From NCBI GenBank assembly GCA_964016885.1, contig OZ024742.1, positions 158,410,001-158,474,000 of the forward strand: 64,000 nucleotides of DNA. Direction: 5' to 3'. Numbering within the stretch: position 1 is the stretch's first letter; every line of letters begins with the position of its first letter. Shown here piece after piece: positions 23,912 through 38,599 of this stretch. Under the pieces are notes generated by a model that worked only from the letters and a program-made list of their open reading frames with translations, was not told the origin of the DNA and searched no databases. Both the position numbers and the translations under genes were made by a program. This stretch comes from Eledone cirrhosa (lineage: Eukaryota).

Positions 23912-26900
23912 GATGTCATGTCAACAACAAAACACACAATAAATATTTCTTGTATATATAAGCAGATTACTTATATAACATGTAATGTAATCAAGTGATC
24001 AGCAATATTTCAATCAATACATCAGCTGTTATTCGTTTGGGAAAGGCGTGATATCGTAGCTCATATGAACGTGGGTTTTGAACTATGCCTTTTCTTTCCC
24101 TATACCAATGGACAGCCATTCTGAAATAGTTCCCGAACTTCCGTTTTCCTTCTCAAAATTGATATCATCCAACCAAAGGAAGGAAACCACGAGTACAGAA
24201 TCTGATAGAGCTAGTATCGCTTGCTGTTACCGCGATGATACCTTCTAGATTTATCCGGGAGGCACAGCTCAAATTAACTGCTTAGACGTGCGTGTAGAAT
24301 CTTCTATTTCCTTCCCCCTTTCCCTTACTTTCGTTATTAAAGTTTTCTTTTTCTTTTGCTTTTGTTATTGCAAATAATGTATAATGGAATTGAAATTTGT
24401 TGAATAAAGCCGTTCAGTATATCAGTGTCACCTGCATTCGCTTTCCACTCAACGCTATCTGAGAAAACTTAATCATCCTTTCCCGATAAACGAATGTCCG
24501 AGTTGAATATCAATTTCGCTTAGAGAGCATGCAAAGTTCATAGATATTGCCCTGATCTTTCTTGGTAAACTCATGCAATTACCAAATAAGATGAACAACC
24601 CAAAGAACATACATTTATACCGCTCTAGAAAATATCAAACAACTGTTTGTCTTAAGAGCCTACATATTCCATAATTTATCCCAACTTGGGAAATCTGGAA
24701 TTATTCATGAAAATATTGATTTCTAATTTAGGCGGCACAAGACCAACAAATTGTTTGGAGAGGAAATTCGATTATACCAACCCTAATAATTTAGTAGTAC
24801 TTTATTTATCTACTTCGAAATTGTGAAAAGTAAAATTGACTTCAACGTAAAGAGACGGAACAAATACTTCTGCGCAAATGTCCAAGGCGTTAATGATTCT
24901 TTAATTATACTCTTCTTAATTTGCAAGATGTGTATAATAATTAATAACTTAGTGAAATTCAGCAGGATTGCCTCCTTCGAAAGCTGTAATAACAATGATA
25001 AACGATTCTATGTTATACCACATATCTAAATCTACGTTGTCAATATTTCGTCTGAATCTTTGAATCACAAAACCATTGGGAATTATTGATACACACGTAA
25101 GTAGTCAGATAGTCTATTTGTTATTATTAATGCGTTTTTGATTTTATATTCCTGATTGTCAAATACAATTTAATATGACATACTGTAAGGTATATGTACT
25201 ATATTTTCGTTATTGCTTGTATAACATTAATATCATCTAAATCATTGTAACGATATTAAAAAATGTAACTGAAAAATAGAATGTATTTTTAATTGAGTTC
25301 CAGTAACATTTATGCGGGATCTAGTTGCTAATATAACTATGTGTAGTATTTCTGACAAAAGCAAGATACAAATTACTTTTCATATCTTGTATTATAACAG
25401 TCATAACAGTTATCGGCAATGTAAAACAAGTTTGCGACTTTATCTATGTAAATGTTGTTCAGGTAGCTCTGTTTATTTAGTAAACATATTCTCTTCCACG
25501 TTAGAATATTTTTGACATAAACCGTGCTTGCTATAATATTCGTTGTGATACTTTCAGAATAACATTCTTTATTTGTGCGCTATTAACATTATGCCAAGTG
25601 AAAGAATCAACGAATTTAAAATTCAAATCAATTACAACTAAGTTAAAATGTATGTTTTCCTAAGTTCAGGTCAAGAAATATTGAAGTAGACTAAATATGC
25701 AATTAGATTGAGAGAAACCTCGATCAGAATTTGGGGGAAACATTCTACCTTAATTATCAATTATTTTAGAAACTGAGTAAAAACAAGAACGAAAAGTCAA
25801 TAATAATAATAATTCCGTTTTATTTTTAATTCCAGAAAGTTACAACTACTCCATTTCTCCTACGAAGCTCGATTCAGTAAACACCATAATGAGATGTCGT
25901 ATATAGAGAACTGTTTAATTGTCAATTTATGCTCCAAGAAATATTTCTCCTTGGGCAAGAAGTCAGAGGCCTTTAATATCTTTGCAGTTTGGCAGCAGTC
26001 ATAAAACCGATTCCGAATCTGGGTGAGGGAGAAAAAACATTCAGTACTACATTCTCCCAAGCTTCTCTATCGTAAATTAAATGTATTCTAGATAGCAGCT
26101 GTCACATTATAAATATCTCAGAAAATCGATTCAACAATCTGCTGTTAATATCATTTGTGTATGGTTTTATTTTAACATTACTTTAGTGGAAAGAAATATA
26201 AAGTCAACGTCGTTGGGAGCTCGTAATGAACAAGCAAGAAAAATAACGTAATTTGCGATAAGAAATTGAATACATGTATATGGAATAGTAAAAGAAACAA
26301 AAATACCAATAACTTATAGACACAACAGATATCCTACAATGCTCGTCTGCATATGAGAATATAGTATTTACTTACAAAACGTTACTTAAATTGGAATAAA
26401 TGAAATTAAATATCGATGGAATTTTTTATGAAATAACAAGACAATATGTTGAGAATAAATAAGCAAATAAGTAAATGTGAAGCTAAAAGAGGGAGAGAGA
26501 GAATTTAGAATTTAGTTTGGAAATATTCCGGAAACCGAATATATAACAATAAGAGAATAAATTTAGAAATAACGCGCTAGTTTTAATAACATTTTCTTTT
26601 TACATTGAAAACAAATTGTGAGTAATTTAAGAAAACTGGAATGTCAAGTAACATATAAGAAATTTATAGAAAAATATAGAATTTTATATATCACTCGGTT
26701 TATATTTCGACGGGAAATAGTATTTTAAAACTGCATCCATACAATGGAATTCTCAAAACCATGGTTTCTCTTTATACCTAATGTTTTAAAGAAAATATTT
26801 ACAATGACAAAAGAGGATATTTCCGGTAAACCTACACGCCATTGGAATCATGCTGAAGAATCATACATTGCTAGCTTTATAAATATAACACATTGCCTAT

Positions 26901-29035
26901 TATCGATTACACAATCCTCTTGAATTTATCTCCCGTTCTCTAATAGGCTATTGTTGTCTTCTATGATGTTTTAAGTCGACGCCTTAACCAAGAATACTGT
27001 TAACATATCGGAGAAGTCGCTATACCTAGAAATGTTGATGGTATAGAACTCACATTCGGCTTGATGGAATCTTATCATTGATTCTAGTTCGTACTCCGTA
27101 CCATAGAATTTTTGACGCATAAGGTATGATAGTACAATTTTCAGAAAATCAAACCCCACCTTAATTTCCTGATTACTTTGATCAACGCCATCAATAGTAC
27201 AAATTACTGGTTGAATACTAAGGCTATAGTTAGTTATGATTTGGTTCCTAATGAATGGATGTTTGAGGCTTCGCGAAGTTTAATTGCAACACAGAATCAA
27301 CATTTCTACAGTTGATTCTATCAAAAGTAGACCACGTGTCTGAATAATATTATGCCTCTTATAAATTGTAAAAATTCAAATTCTTCCTTTCCACATTTCT
27401 TAAAATGCTTTAGGAAACATATCACTTAAAGAAGTACTTCGACGTCGGTGTATCAGTTGTATTTAACCATGAGTGATTCAATTTTTTTAATAAAATTCGT
27501 TTCCTAGTTTCACTTCAACGTAAACCACCGATAAACCTCCGGAAAGGTACGAACGCTTAAATAACCCATTTCCTTTCCTTAAAATAAAGATTGACTGTGT
27601 CAAGTAACACGACACGAACATTACCAATATAAAACACTGAGTTCCATTCAATTAATTATAGGCTTTTACTTTGTAGCTAGATAAGTGTTTTCGTTAATCT
27701 ATTTGTGGTGGCATCTATTTCACCACAACATACTGCGTAGTCTCTATTTATTAACTAAATTGTTCCCTTGTTAATAACTATTTGTTTCTAGTGAAAATAG
27801 AGAAAATTTAATTATCCGTGTGATTATTGCGGTTGGTGATTTAATTAAACTGGATGTAGTTGCTCTGTTCATGAATTGTTCTGCTATCTGGACAAAATTA
27901 AATCGATGGGCAATATGAAGCATTCTGCCAAACACTAAAATATCGACCTTCTTCGTAGCTATCAAAGTCATCTCACTCCCCAGGTGAAGTTCAGATTTCA
28001 AAACAAATACAAAGTCTTCTACATTCAGCAGGAAATAAAAAATAAAGACGAAATACAACACACTTAAATATAATGGAATTTTTTTATTCCAAACTCCCTT
28101 AGCTAAACAGCACAATTGTATTTTTCAAAATCATGACGTAGAAATTTTACAAGTTAACAATTCATTCCTCACAATGGCTACAATAAATGAAGTATAACAA
28201 AACTAGAGTTCATTTTCCTTCCTACACAAGAAGGAAATTACCGTTAGCTACGACAGAAGTTACTTCATGCCAAAATTTACAGTCTTCAGAAATGTGGCGA
28301 TTCGTTTTAGAGCGATGGCTTAATGAACAAAATAAAATGAATGAAATAAATAAAAGAATAACAAAAATGAGTTTTACTATTGGACACTTCAGTGATATAA
28401 TGATTGGAAGTATTGTTTTAGGAGCCTGTTTTGCTTCTCCTCTTTTTTTATTCCTATTTAATTGATGTTATTTTGAATTGCATAAGTTAACCTGGTCGAT
28501 AGCGGCTGGGCGATAAATGTACATATATGTGGATCGCAATTTCGCACTACCTCGGCAGTAACCTTTCTACGTAACAAAGACACTTTTCATCTAGAAATAA
28601 ATAAAAAATACATTAGTACAACTTATAAGTTACACTACTGTAGCAACGTCGATTGTTTCTTTGGATTACTGCAATAAATTCTATTATAGTTAGATGTGAA
28701 GGAAAGAAGGAAAATAGATGTAAATAGTATTGTTTAATTTTATACAGAAACTGCGTAATATGAAAGCTGCAGCTTCATAAATTCTGTCTTCCCCTTACTA
28801 ATAATTGGTAGCGGGCGTTAGTTGGTTTACGGAATTTCAGAATCAGGATGTATGGAAGATGTTTGGGATTTAATGTCAACATTTAGTGTATAGATGGTTT
28901 TGATTTTTGTATTGTATTCTTTAAAATATCCGACACTTGTTTTTCGTGGATTACTTCAGGTTTTTTAAGATGTATTCATGTTATGGTTTAGATAATTAAC
29001 GGTCATTTTACATGTACAATTATGTAATCCCTACA

Positions 29036-29362
29036 CGGCGAAGGCACATGGATCAGTTGTTAGAGCGTAGAGCTTATAATCGTGAGGTTGTGAGTTCGAT
29101 TCTCGAACCGGGATTTACCTTGTCTTCTTGAGAAAGACACTTTATTTCACGTTGCTCCATTTCACTCAGCTGTAGAAATGATTTGCGACGTCACTGGTGC
29201 CAAGATGCATCGACCATTTCCTTTCCCTTGGACATCAGTGGCGTGGAAAATAGAGGCTCGTACGCATGGGCGACTGCGAGTCTTCCACAAACAACCTTGC
29301 CCGGATTTCTGCCTCGGAGAGGAACTTTCTAGGTGTAAATCTCATGGTCCTTCGTGCCTGAA
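29036..29362 (+). mobile_element. Second tRNA-derived SINE family (CORE/V-like central segment)
   Basis: A box TGGATCAGTTGTTAGAGCG, B box GAGTTCGATTCTC, then TTCTTGAGAAAGACACTTTATTTCACGTTGCTCCA..CACTCAGCTGTAGAAATG. Confidence 0.75.
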
Positions 29363-29589
29363 GATGTCTTTTTCTTTATTTTACCCAGTGAAATGTTTCT
29401 GATACATGATTTTACTATTTACGTAAACAGGCTTTCATATATACATATAAGAAAAAGCGTCATGTAACAATAACGAAACATCGTAAATACACTAAAGACT
29501 AAAGCATATCTATGATAATATTGAAAACACAAAGAAAAATTAAATGTCTTAAAAGTTGCATTCAAATATACAAGTAGTATCACGATTGG

Positions 29590-30040
29590 CGGGTATAGGA
29601 TAAGTCGGATAGAATTTGCAGACGGTATGATAATAATATCATATCGACAGACGGTGATCTCCTATTGAAGCAGGTGCAGATGGAGAAATTCAAGTATCTC
29701 GGGACCGTGTTCACGAGTGGTGGAAGTCATGAGGTTGAATTAAGTGCAAGAATTGCAGGAGCTGGTGCATTAATGTGCCAGCTTCAGTATTCGGTAATGA
29801 GAAGGGAGGTAGGTGTAATAGCAAAACTTGCTATCTTCAATTCGGTATTCGTGCCAGTCTTGGGTAATGATCGAAAATGCGACAGGCCGAAATGGGGTTT
29901 CTCCGAAGGGTCTCTGGTGTAAGGTTACGTGATAGAATGCATAGCTTGGAAATCAAAGAGTTGCTCCAGACAGAGCCGCTACTTTTCTGAATTGAAATAT
30001 TACAGTTTCGATATTAAGAGCATGTGGTTAGAAGAAGATA
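29590..30040 (+). mobile_element. RTE-clade LINE fragment, same family as 4090-4675
   Basis: QMEKFKYLGTVFTSGG..EVELSARIAGAGALMCQLQYSV..AKLAIFNSVFVP. Confidence 0.8.
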
Positions 30041-30329
30041 TTCACGAGCAAAGATATCTCCTCTCGTATCAAAATCTTAATATTTTAAAATCTAAATCTT
30101 GTGAACAGAAGGAATAATATGTTAAATATATCTATAACTCTCTTAAAGCGTTGGAGGACTAAATTATAACCTTCGTTCTATTTGAAATTCAAACAAACTA
30201 CGAATGCTTGCTACCTCTAAAAATACAGCATTGTTGTTAACATATGTCATCCAATTATACTAACCAGGTTGTTGCCCTTCTGTAAGAAACGCCCCAACTC
30301 TGTGAAATTTGTAATGTATTGTACAATGT

Positions 30330-31680
30330 AAATCCAACAAGAATAGGCTCTGGAGACAATGGAACACTAATAGAATGTTATCATAAGGGTGTATATGAAA
30401 TCATATACGATATGTTTATGTATAATAAACATACGAGAATTCATAGAATATTAACATAAAAGTGAGTCATAAAAGATACGCTAGGGGAAGACCATAGAAG
30501 TTGAAATAGAAGAGATCGGCATGTGCTGAGTTTTAGAAATGTCTTTAAAGAGGGTTATATATTTATTAAAGAAAAGATAACTAATTAGAGATATTAGAAT
30601 AAATCAAATACTAAAACTAAAGAAAGATGTATTGAGAATGAGAAAACAAAATCTCTTATAAGGAATATAAATTTCATGATATAAAGCAAGTAGAGCTAAT
30701 TTATAGAGGAATTACAGCAAGTTAAAGTTGGTGATTATCACAATTAGAGGCAATCGTAATATGTTGATAGTATAAAACAGGAGAAAAATATTAATGTTAA
30801 TCTAAATATATTTCAGAATTCCATTTGTTGAACTATGTATTTTATGAATTAAATGCAATAATATCATAAAAACATAGGCTGCGAATACAAGTGAAAGCAT
30901 TTAGGTTTCCACAATTTGAAAAAGAAACATCAATTTATACGAAAGGTGATACACATTAAAATAACAAAATGTACATAATATATTAAAGTTGAGTATAATA
31001 TATCAGGAGAAAGACAGCAAATCAATAGCTATGCACTAAGAAACATGCAATATCATTAGCAAAGAACGTTTGAAAATAATGAAAGAAACGGTTATCAGCA
31101 ACTGACTTGCTTTGGAAGATCAAAAGGAAAATATAGTGCCAGAAGATACAGCTGATATTAAAATAATATTGGTCAGATAGGAATGATGCATACTGGATGC
31201 AGTAGATAAATATGGAATTGGAAATAAGAACAGTCAAATATATTTAGCAAAAGAAATAAAATGGAAATTTTAAGGAAGATATGAAACTTGAAATTTTTAT
31301 ACACAGAAACTTTAAAATTGCAGAAGCACTCACAGGAATTTCATGATCGGCTAACAAGGAGTATGCTTTTATTTATGACATTAGTACGGGAATAAAAAAT
31401 ATGAAAAACTGTTGCTAATTTTGCACAGATATTGAACTTACTGATAGGGATAATAGAGATGAAGAATACATACAAAAAATATTTTCTCTGGAAAATATAT
31501 ATCCTCCTGATACCAATGTGAAAGGTCATTGAAGGAGATTGAAGAATATAAATATTTCAGTGTTGTGAATGCTAATAATATTAATATAATATGGTGACTA
31601 AAATCAGAATATAATATAAAAGGATGTTTAGAAAACATATTTGAAACAAAATTAAATGGAAACGCATTGTTGACAAAATA
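30330..31680 (+). mobile_element. Heavily decayed non-LTR RT remnant, possibly R4/Dong-like
   Basis: Purine-rich strand bias and scattered motifs (EEYKYF.V..AN resembling YKYLG; F.DD-like segment near 31370); no continuous ORF. Confidence 0.35.
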
Positions 31681-31689
31681 ACTCCTGAG

Positions 31690-32068
31690 AAATAATTGTT
31701 TCTACTTTTGGCACAAGGCCAGTAATTATGTCAGTGCATTACTGGTATTTTATTTTATCGACCCCGTAAGGATGAAAGGCAAAGTTAACCTCGGTTGTAT
31801 TTGACGCACAGCATAAATGGCCATAACTCTAAACTGCAAAGCATGGTGTCTGACGCTCAACCGATTCTGCCAATCCAGAAATAATTGTTTCTACTTTTGG
31901 CACAAGGCCAGCAATTATCCCAGTGTATTACTGGTACTTTATTTTATCGGCCCCGTGAGGAGGAAAGGTAAAGTTAACCACGGTGGGATTTGAACTCAGA
32001 CCGTAAAGAGACTTGAAAAGCATGGTGTCCAACCCTCTACCGATTCTTCCAATCCACCGCCAATCCAG
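31690..32068 (-). mobile_element. Tandem SINE dimer
   Basis: Two successive copies each beginning GAAATAATTGTTTCTACTTTTGGCACAAGGCC and ending ...GCCAATCC. Confidence 0.9.
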
Positions 32069-32519
32069 AAATAGTGATAGTAAAGTAGTCTTGAATACTT
32101 TCTTTAGCAGAACCAAAACCAATGTTATGGTGTACACCATGGTATCCAAGGTACACCTAACTAATTAGGAATAATATACATATTAGATCTCCCGTCATTT
32201 CTACTCGATGAGAAGGCATCTACGAAATCAATTAACCTGATACTCGACCACGTTGGTTTGAGTACAGAAAGCTGTTGTCGAGAATCAGCATTCAGTAGTT
32301 TTAACGAGAAAAAAAAAACAATTTTACCTAATAACAAACTTTTGATAATCCAATACGGAAAAAGCAGGCTTTGCTAAACATCAATTTTTAACATCAATTT
32401 CTTTACATGTTATAAAAATCCTTCATATATACACGAGGTGCATTTTTCAAACCCTTTTTTTTTATAATGTCCCTTATGATCTGTATAGAACGTTTTCTAA
32501 TGTCCACACTTTTTCACTA

Positions 32520-32532
32520 TATATATATAGAT

Positions 32533-32611
<79 letters not shown>

Positions 32612-32889
32612 GGGGGTGGGGGGTGGGGGTGTTTATCTCGGGTTCAAACGGGGATAACCACAGTACGTAAGGTACATAGCAAGGTACATCAATATATAGC
32701 AGACTATAAATATTTAATATAGAAATGGCTTCTACAGGACTAGAACTGTTTCATTCGCACACGTACACACTCACACCTACATACTCACACACATTCACAC
32801 AAACATACAAACACTCACACGTGTGCATACATACATGCATACATACAATGATATCTATAAATACACACAGATATACACACATACATATA

Positions 32890-32968
<79 letters not shown>
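32520..32968. repeat. Compound CA/TA/TG microsatellites with an embedded ~125-bp possibly Penelope-derived piece (32631-32756)
   Basis: Dinucleotide runs; insert ends GGACTAGAACTGTTTC. Confidence 0.7.
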
Positions 32969-32972
<4 letters not shown>

Positions 32973-33914
32973 AAGATACAAAACACTAATCATACACGAC
33001 TGATATGCACAGTGATCTCCAAAACAATATCCAATAGAAGCGTGCCAACTGAACGTCCTTAAAAAACAGCAATTTACAACCTCTTTATATATCAATGATT
33101 AGCTTCTCAACCTCCCTACACATAAATTACACAGAGTTAATTACTAAAACCTCACCACTCCGGCCATCTCCCATGACCTTTTATATATATCACCAAAATA
33201 TCACATCAAATTCAAGACCAGATGAGTATTTAGCATTAATCAGTTGCTGGTCTTCCAGAAATCTCATTTACCCTTTTCAGTACCGTAATTACAACGAAAG
33301 ATACTGCATAGGTTTCAATTAACCTTTTAAATAACCAAATATTTAGATAGATTTAATAATAGAACTATTATTTTCATTAGTTCACTAATATTTAGAACAT
33401 TACTTAAGCAAATATTCTAAAATATAATTATGATTTAATGTTTTAAAATAATGATAAACATTCTCAGCATTGTATAATAAATCTAGGGCGGTTTCTGGTG
33501 GTTTGGTATTAAATGGGTTAAGACTCTTAATGATGACCTAGTCACATATCTGGGACAAACTTGCTGTTAGACACCATACAATATACTGCAATAAACGCAG
33601 CCAATCGTTTGGTTGCCATCAATTCACTTAACACTTCATTCAATACCTAGCAATATTGTATAGCTACTACATCTGTCTCTGTATATATGAAAAATAAAAC
33701 TGCATCATTTTTTCTAACTGATGCACCACTTATCAAGACGATTACAATGTCGCAATTTCAGGATCCAACTAAACCATTTCTTAATCATTCCTATCAAAGG
33801 TGCCCATATCCAAACTTATCATTATCGGCATCAATCAGCATCAGTCTCTCTGAACAGGTCAATTATCAAAGGCATTCTGGCCAAAACCTTAACCATGCCG
33901 TGTATATATATTTT

Positions 33915-34085
33915 AGGCGGTGAATTGGCAGAATCATTAGAACGTCGGATAGAATACTGTATGGTATTCGTTCCGTCTCTCTACTCTCAGAGTTCAAATC
34001 CCGCCGAGATCAAGCCGAGATCAACTTTGCCTTTCATCCTTTCGAGGTCGATAAAAAAATGTACCAGTCTAGTACTAGGGTCCAT
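33915..34085 (+). mobile_element. SINE copy with intact head
   Basis: AGGCGGTGAATTGGCAGAATCATTAGAACG (A box), GAGTTCAAATCCC (B box), core; followed by (CT)n. Confidence 0.85.
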
Positions 34086-34286
34086 TCTTCCACTATATCT
34101 CTTTCGCATTTCTTCTCTCTCTCTCTCTCTCTCTCCCTCTTTCTCTCTCTCTCTCTCTCTCTCTCTGAAAGAAATCTGCTGTACTCAGGCCTGGAGAGGG
34201 ATAGGCTCAACCAGGCGTTAAATGCCCAAGAAACGCCGTATATCAAGATGGCGCCCCTAGGACTCTATCAGGAGTTACGGGACCAT

Positions 34287-34370
<84 letters not shown>

Positions 34371-34942
34371 CCCTGGTTCAAAGACTATATTATCCGATTA
34401 TTTTTTACTTATTTTAGTTATTTAGAGTATGATTTGATGGGGTTTGGCTTTTATTACTAGCCGATCAAATGAACCCTTTCTTGGTTTGTTGAAAAGTTGG
34501 TAAAGGATGGTGTTTATGATGACGTTGTCAGCAAACATCTGGAGAAAAAATGAGAGGCACTTGATTTGGTCAAATAGATTGTGTGTAGCTTCGTTTCAAT
34601 CTACTTGAGAGGTTATAGAAAATATAGACGATGTTTACCTAATTTTATGAAACAGATTTTCGTCACGATTTTTCCGCAATTTCTTTCTAAACACATGCGG
34701 CACATCATGTTGATATGTTCTCTCGTCGTAGTGAAAATATTTCGACACCAAGTAGCTACAGAGTTCATTTGACCTCATCCTTAAACCTTCTTATCTCTTA
34801 TTACTCACTGTAATACCTGCAATACTGCCAAACTATACATTTTTATGGATCTTTAGCTGCAATTTATAGGAGTGGAAAACAAGCATACCCACCAAACAAC
34901 GCATATAAAATGTAATATAGTAGAATAAATTAATAAGTTAAC

Positions 34943-34979
<37 letters not shown>

Positions 34980-35627
34980 TTATATATAGAGAGAGAGATG
35001 GGGGGGTAGAGATAGAGGATACATAGAAAGGAAGATAGTTATATGGATATATATATATATTTTGTGTATATATGTATGTATGCATATATATATATATATG
35101 TGTGTGTGAGTGTGTGTGTGTCTGTACATTCACAAACATATATATATATATGCGTGTGTGTGTGGTGGGGTGAATTTGTGTGACTATACATACTTATACA
35201 TACTCACACACTATGTGTATTTATATATGTGAGTCGGTGTGTGGGGGATGTATCCATATGTTTGTGGGTATGCAGGAGCATGCGTCTGTGCGTGTTTCCA
35301 GGAGAGCATTTATGTTTACATATTCGATAACTCAAATACGCTGTCATATTTTATCATTTATTTTTTTCCTTTCTGTCTCTCATTGAATGAAAAGGCAAGA
35401 GTATACTGGAAAGTATGATAAACACGGGCAATATAAAAAGTCGAGCTTATCAAATTAGTTTTTCGTCGGTAAACAAAATCTTTAGTTATATAACGATTTT
35501 GTGTTACACACGCAAAGACACGCATATACAACATGTGCACGTATATACACACAAACGGATGTGTGTATTGAAACAGAAGACAGGGGAAGTTAGTACGGAA
35601 TGCATGAACTGCTTTTCATAATAATTA

Positions 35628-35637
35628 TGTATGTATA

Positions 35638-35682
<45 letters not shown>

Positions 35683-35743
35683 TATATATATATATATATA
35701 TAAATACATATACATATATATACACACACACATATATATATGT

Positions 35744-35785
<42 letters not shown>

Positions 35786-35940
35786 TATATATATATACAT
35801 ATATATATACTAATAATATATATATATATGTATACTTATATACATATATATATATGTATATAAATATATACATAGATTTTGTGTACATATATATATATAC
35901 CTCTATACATATATATGCATATATATGCATACATGTTTGT

Positions 35941-36010
<70 letters not shown>

Positions 36011-36030
36011 GTGTCTATGTGTGTGTATGT
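35628..36030. repeat. Degenerate (AT)n microsatellite block
   Basis: Read directly; similar blocks at 34286-34367, 37200-37425, 37695-38090. Confidence 0.95.
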
Positions 36031-37226
36031 ATGTTTTTATATTCATTCAACAGAGTTTTGAGATAAACTGTAAGCTTATCGCTTCTGACTAAAACAAATC
36101 AAATATGCTTTAGCGAATACAAAATGAGGGAAAATGCGTCGAATAATTGGAAAGGACTGTGAGGTGGTGGAAAGGAGAACAAGGAAAAGGAAATCCATTG
36201 GGTTTTAGTTTTGTTTCTTGTTTGTTGATTTATATTTTTGTTTCGTTTTGTTTTTTGTTGTTAATTTCGTTTTCCTGCGTTGACAATAAATTAATGGAAA
36301 TATTACGACAATCTCTCCGAACTGTGTATGAGGATAAATCTAGTTGTTCACATCTGGAAATATGAATGTTCGTAAGCAGATTAAATATTATATATATACA
36401 TATACAGAAAAATATAGAAAAATAACCAACACATTGTAAAACACGTCTGTATTTATGTTTCTCCATCTATTCGTTCTGGTTATGTAGTTGGATTTGTTGA
36501 ATGTTTGTTATTTGGGATGTGAGTTGGGGTTTTATTGTCACTGGGGTTGGTAATAGTAGTTATAACGTTATAACGAAGACATTGCAGTTGTTATTTTCAT
36601 ATGTAAAAGTTTTTATATATGTTCGTATACATAACTACATATAGTGAGTAGTGAACCACAGCATTAAAAGAAAGTCTGATATAAATCTAAAAGAAAATCT
36701 ATATACTAATGATGGTATTTCAGAAATTATACAAATATTTACATGAATAATAGCATACTTGGACAAAATATAATCATAATATATAAAGAGATATCTATAA
36801 GTAAGAGCTGAAAAAAATACATTGACATAAACTGTTGCGATATAACAAACATGTGCATGTTAACTTCAGTGGTTCAGAAAACTATTTGTTTATTTAGGCT
36901 GTTTGGATTATACCAATATTTATTTGGGAAATATGCTTTGAACGCCTAGTAATCCAAATAATCTGTATATTTAATTTAGATAGGCGACCTTAGAAAATGT
37001 AGAATGTTCCAACCACGAATAGTTCACGGCAATATTTCGATTCATCGTCGGGTGATATTATATTGTATATAGGTATGGATCTGTAATTTTTGGTGGAGTC
37101 ATAGAGGTGCCGTAGTGCCATACGGCATATCTTCAACATTTAAATCTTGTCTGATCCTATACCTCTTTAGATCTCATCACACCTTATTTCTTCCAGAAAT
37201 ACATACGTACATATATACATACATAC

Positions 37227-37315
<89 letters not shown>

Positions 37316-37694
37316 TTTATATATATATATGTATATGCATATGTATATATTCATATATATGCATATATATTTTTTCATATATATGCATATATATTTTTTC
37401 ATATATATGCATATATATGTATATGCATCTTTTCTTCTAACTTTAATTTTATACCTAATTGTGTATGGTTGACGATATATTTAATCGATTTCCACGTGCT
37501 ATTGAAATACTGGGTAAATATTCTATGGCTGTTGGTAGTGAATAAATGGCTATCGTTTATTTATCTATTATTTCTTCACAGGTGTCTTTTAACCTTATAA
37601 CCTGGTTTAATTGTTTTTTTGTGTGGTTGATTATGCTAATTGGGAGAGGAAATTGAGTATATATCTTATCATATGATTCTAAGGACATTATTTA

Positions 37695-37743
<49 letters not shown>

Positions 37744-37867
37744 TATACATATATATATAGATATAGATAAATAGATATATATAGATAACGAAGGAAATGA
37801 AGTAAGGAACCAGGTGGACCATAACGCACCAAAGTACTCAATACTTAGGGTAGTAGATTGGGTAATA

Positions 37868-37963
37868 GGAACGAGTAGGACCCCGACGGCTGAGCTCAAG
37901 CCGTTTCACGGCTAATTGAGTCCAGAATTACTTGAGCTCAGCCGTCGGGGTCCTACTCGTTCC
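37868..37963. repeat. Perfect 33-bp GC-rich inverted repeat with 30-bp spacer inside (AT)n
   Basis: GGAACGAGTAGGACCCCGACGGCTGAGCTCAAG / CTTGAGCTCAGCCGTCGGGGTCCTACTCGTTCC. Confidence 0.95.
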
Positions 37964-38000
37964 GATATATATAGATATATAGATATAGATATATATATAC

Positions 38001-38094
<94 letters not shown>

Positions 38095-38109
38095 GTAGTA
38101 AGAAAGATA

Positions 38110-38270
38110 CATAGAGCTAGAATCGACCCCAGTATTTGAGTCGTACTTTCTTATCGATCCCGGAAGAATGAAAGGCAAATATTGGCTTGGCGAGATTTGA
38201 ACTCAGAGCGCAAAGAGACGGAATGATTAACACAAAGTAAAACGTTCTTATGACACTACGAATTCACCAA
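38110..38270 (-). mobile_element. SINE copy
   Basis: ATCGATCCCGGAAGAATGAAAGGCAAA..GATTTGAACTCAG. Confidence 0.75.
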
Positions 38271-38557
38271 CTATTATAATTTTCCTGATTCAATTAATAC
38301 ACTTGAAAACATTCTGAACCCCGCGCTTCCTCTCAGTATCATATTTTCTCTATTTGTCGCACAGTAGGAAATCAAATCGATAGTAAGATATTGAAACATG
38401 TATCTACAATTTATGTAAGACACATATATGCCCACACATATAGACCACATATATATGCATAATGATCTTCATTATATTATAAATGTATTTCTGTATGTAC
38501 ATGTTTTTGCGTGAATGTGTATGTAAATGCACGCAAACACACACGCACACAAACAGA

Positions 38558-38599
<42 letters not shown>

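Noticed and set aside
24225-24700. Possible solo LTR or retroviral-like segment (TGTTA start, AATAAA)
   Set aside because: No second LTR, primer-binding site, target duplication or pol motifs identified.
29036-29112. tRNA-like sequence with A and B boxes
   Set aside because: No proper acceptor stem and it continues into a SINE body; called as a SINE head, not a tRNA gene.
34170-34285. GC-richer insert with CTGGAGA/GAAACGCCGTA between microsatellites
   Set aside because: Possibly a Penelope terminal piece, but the core box is imperfect and stem I is absent.
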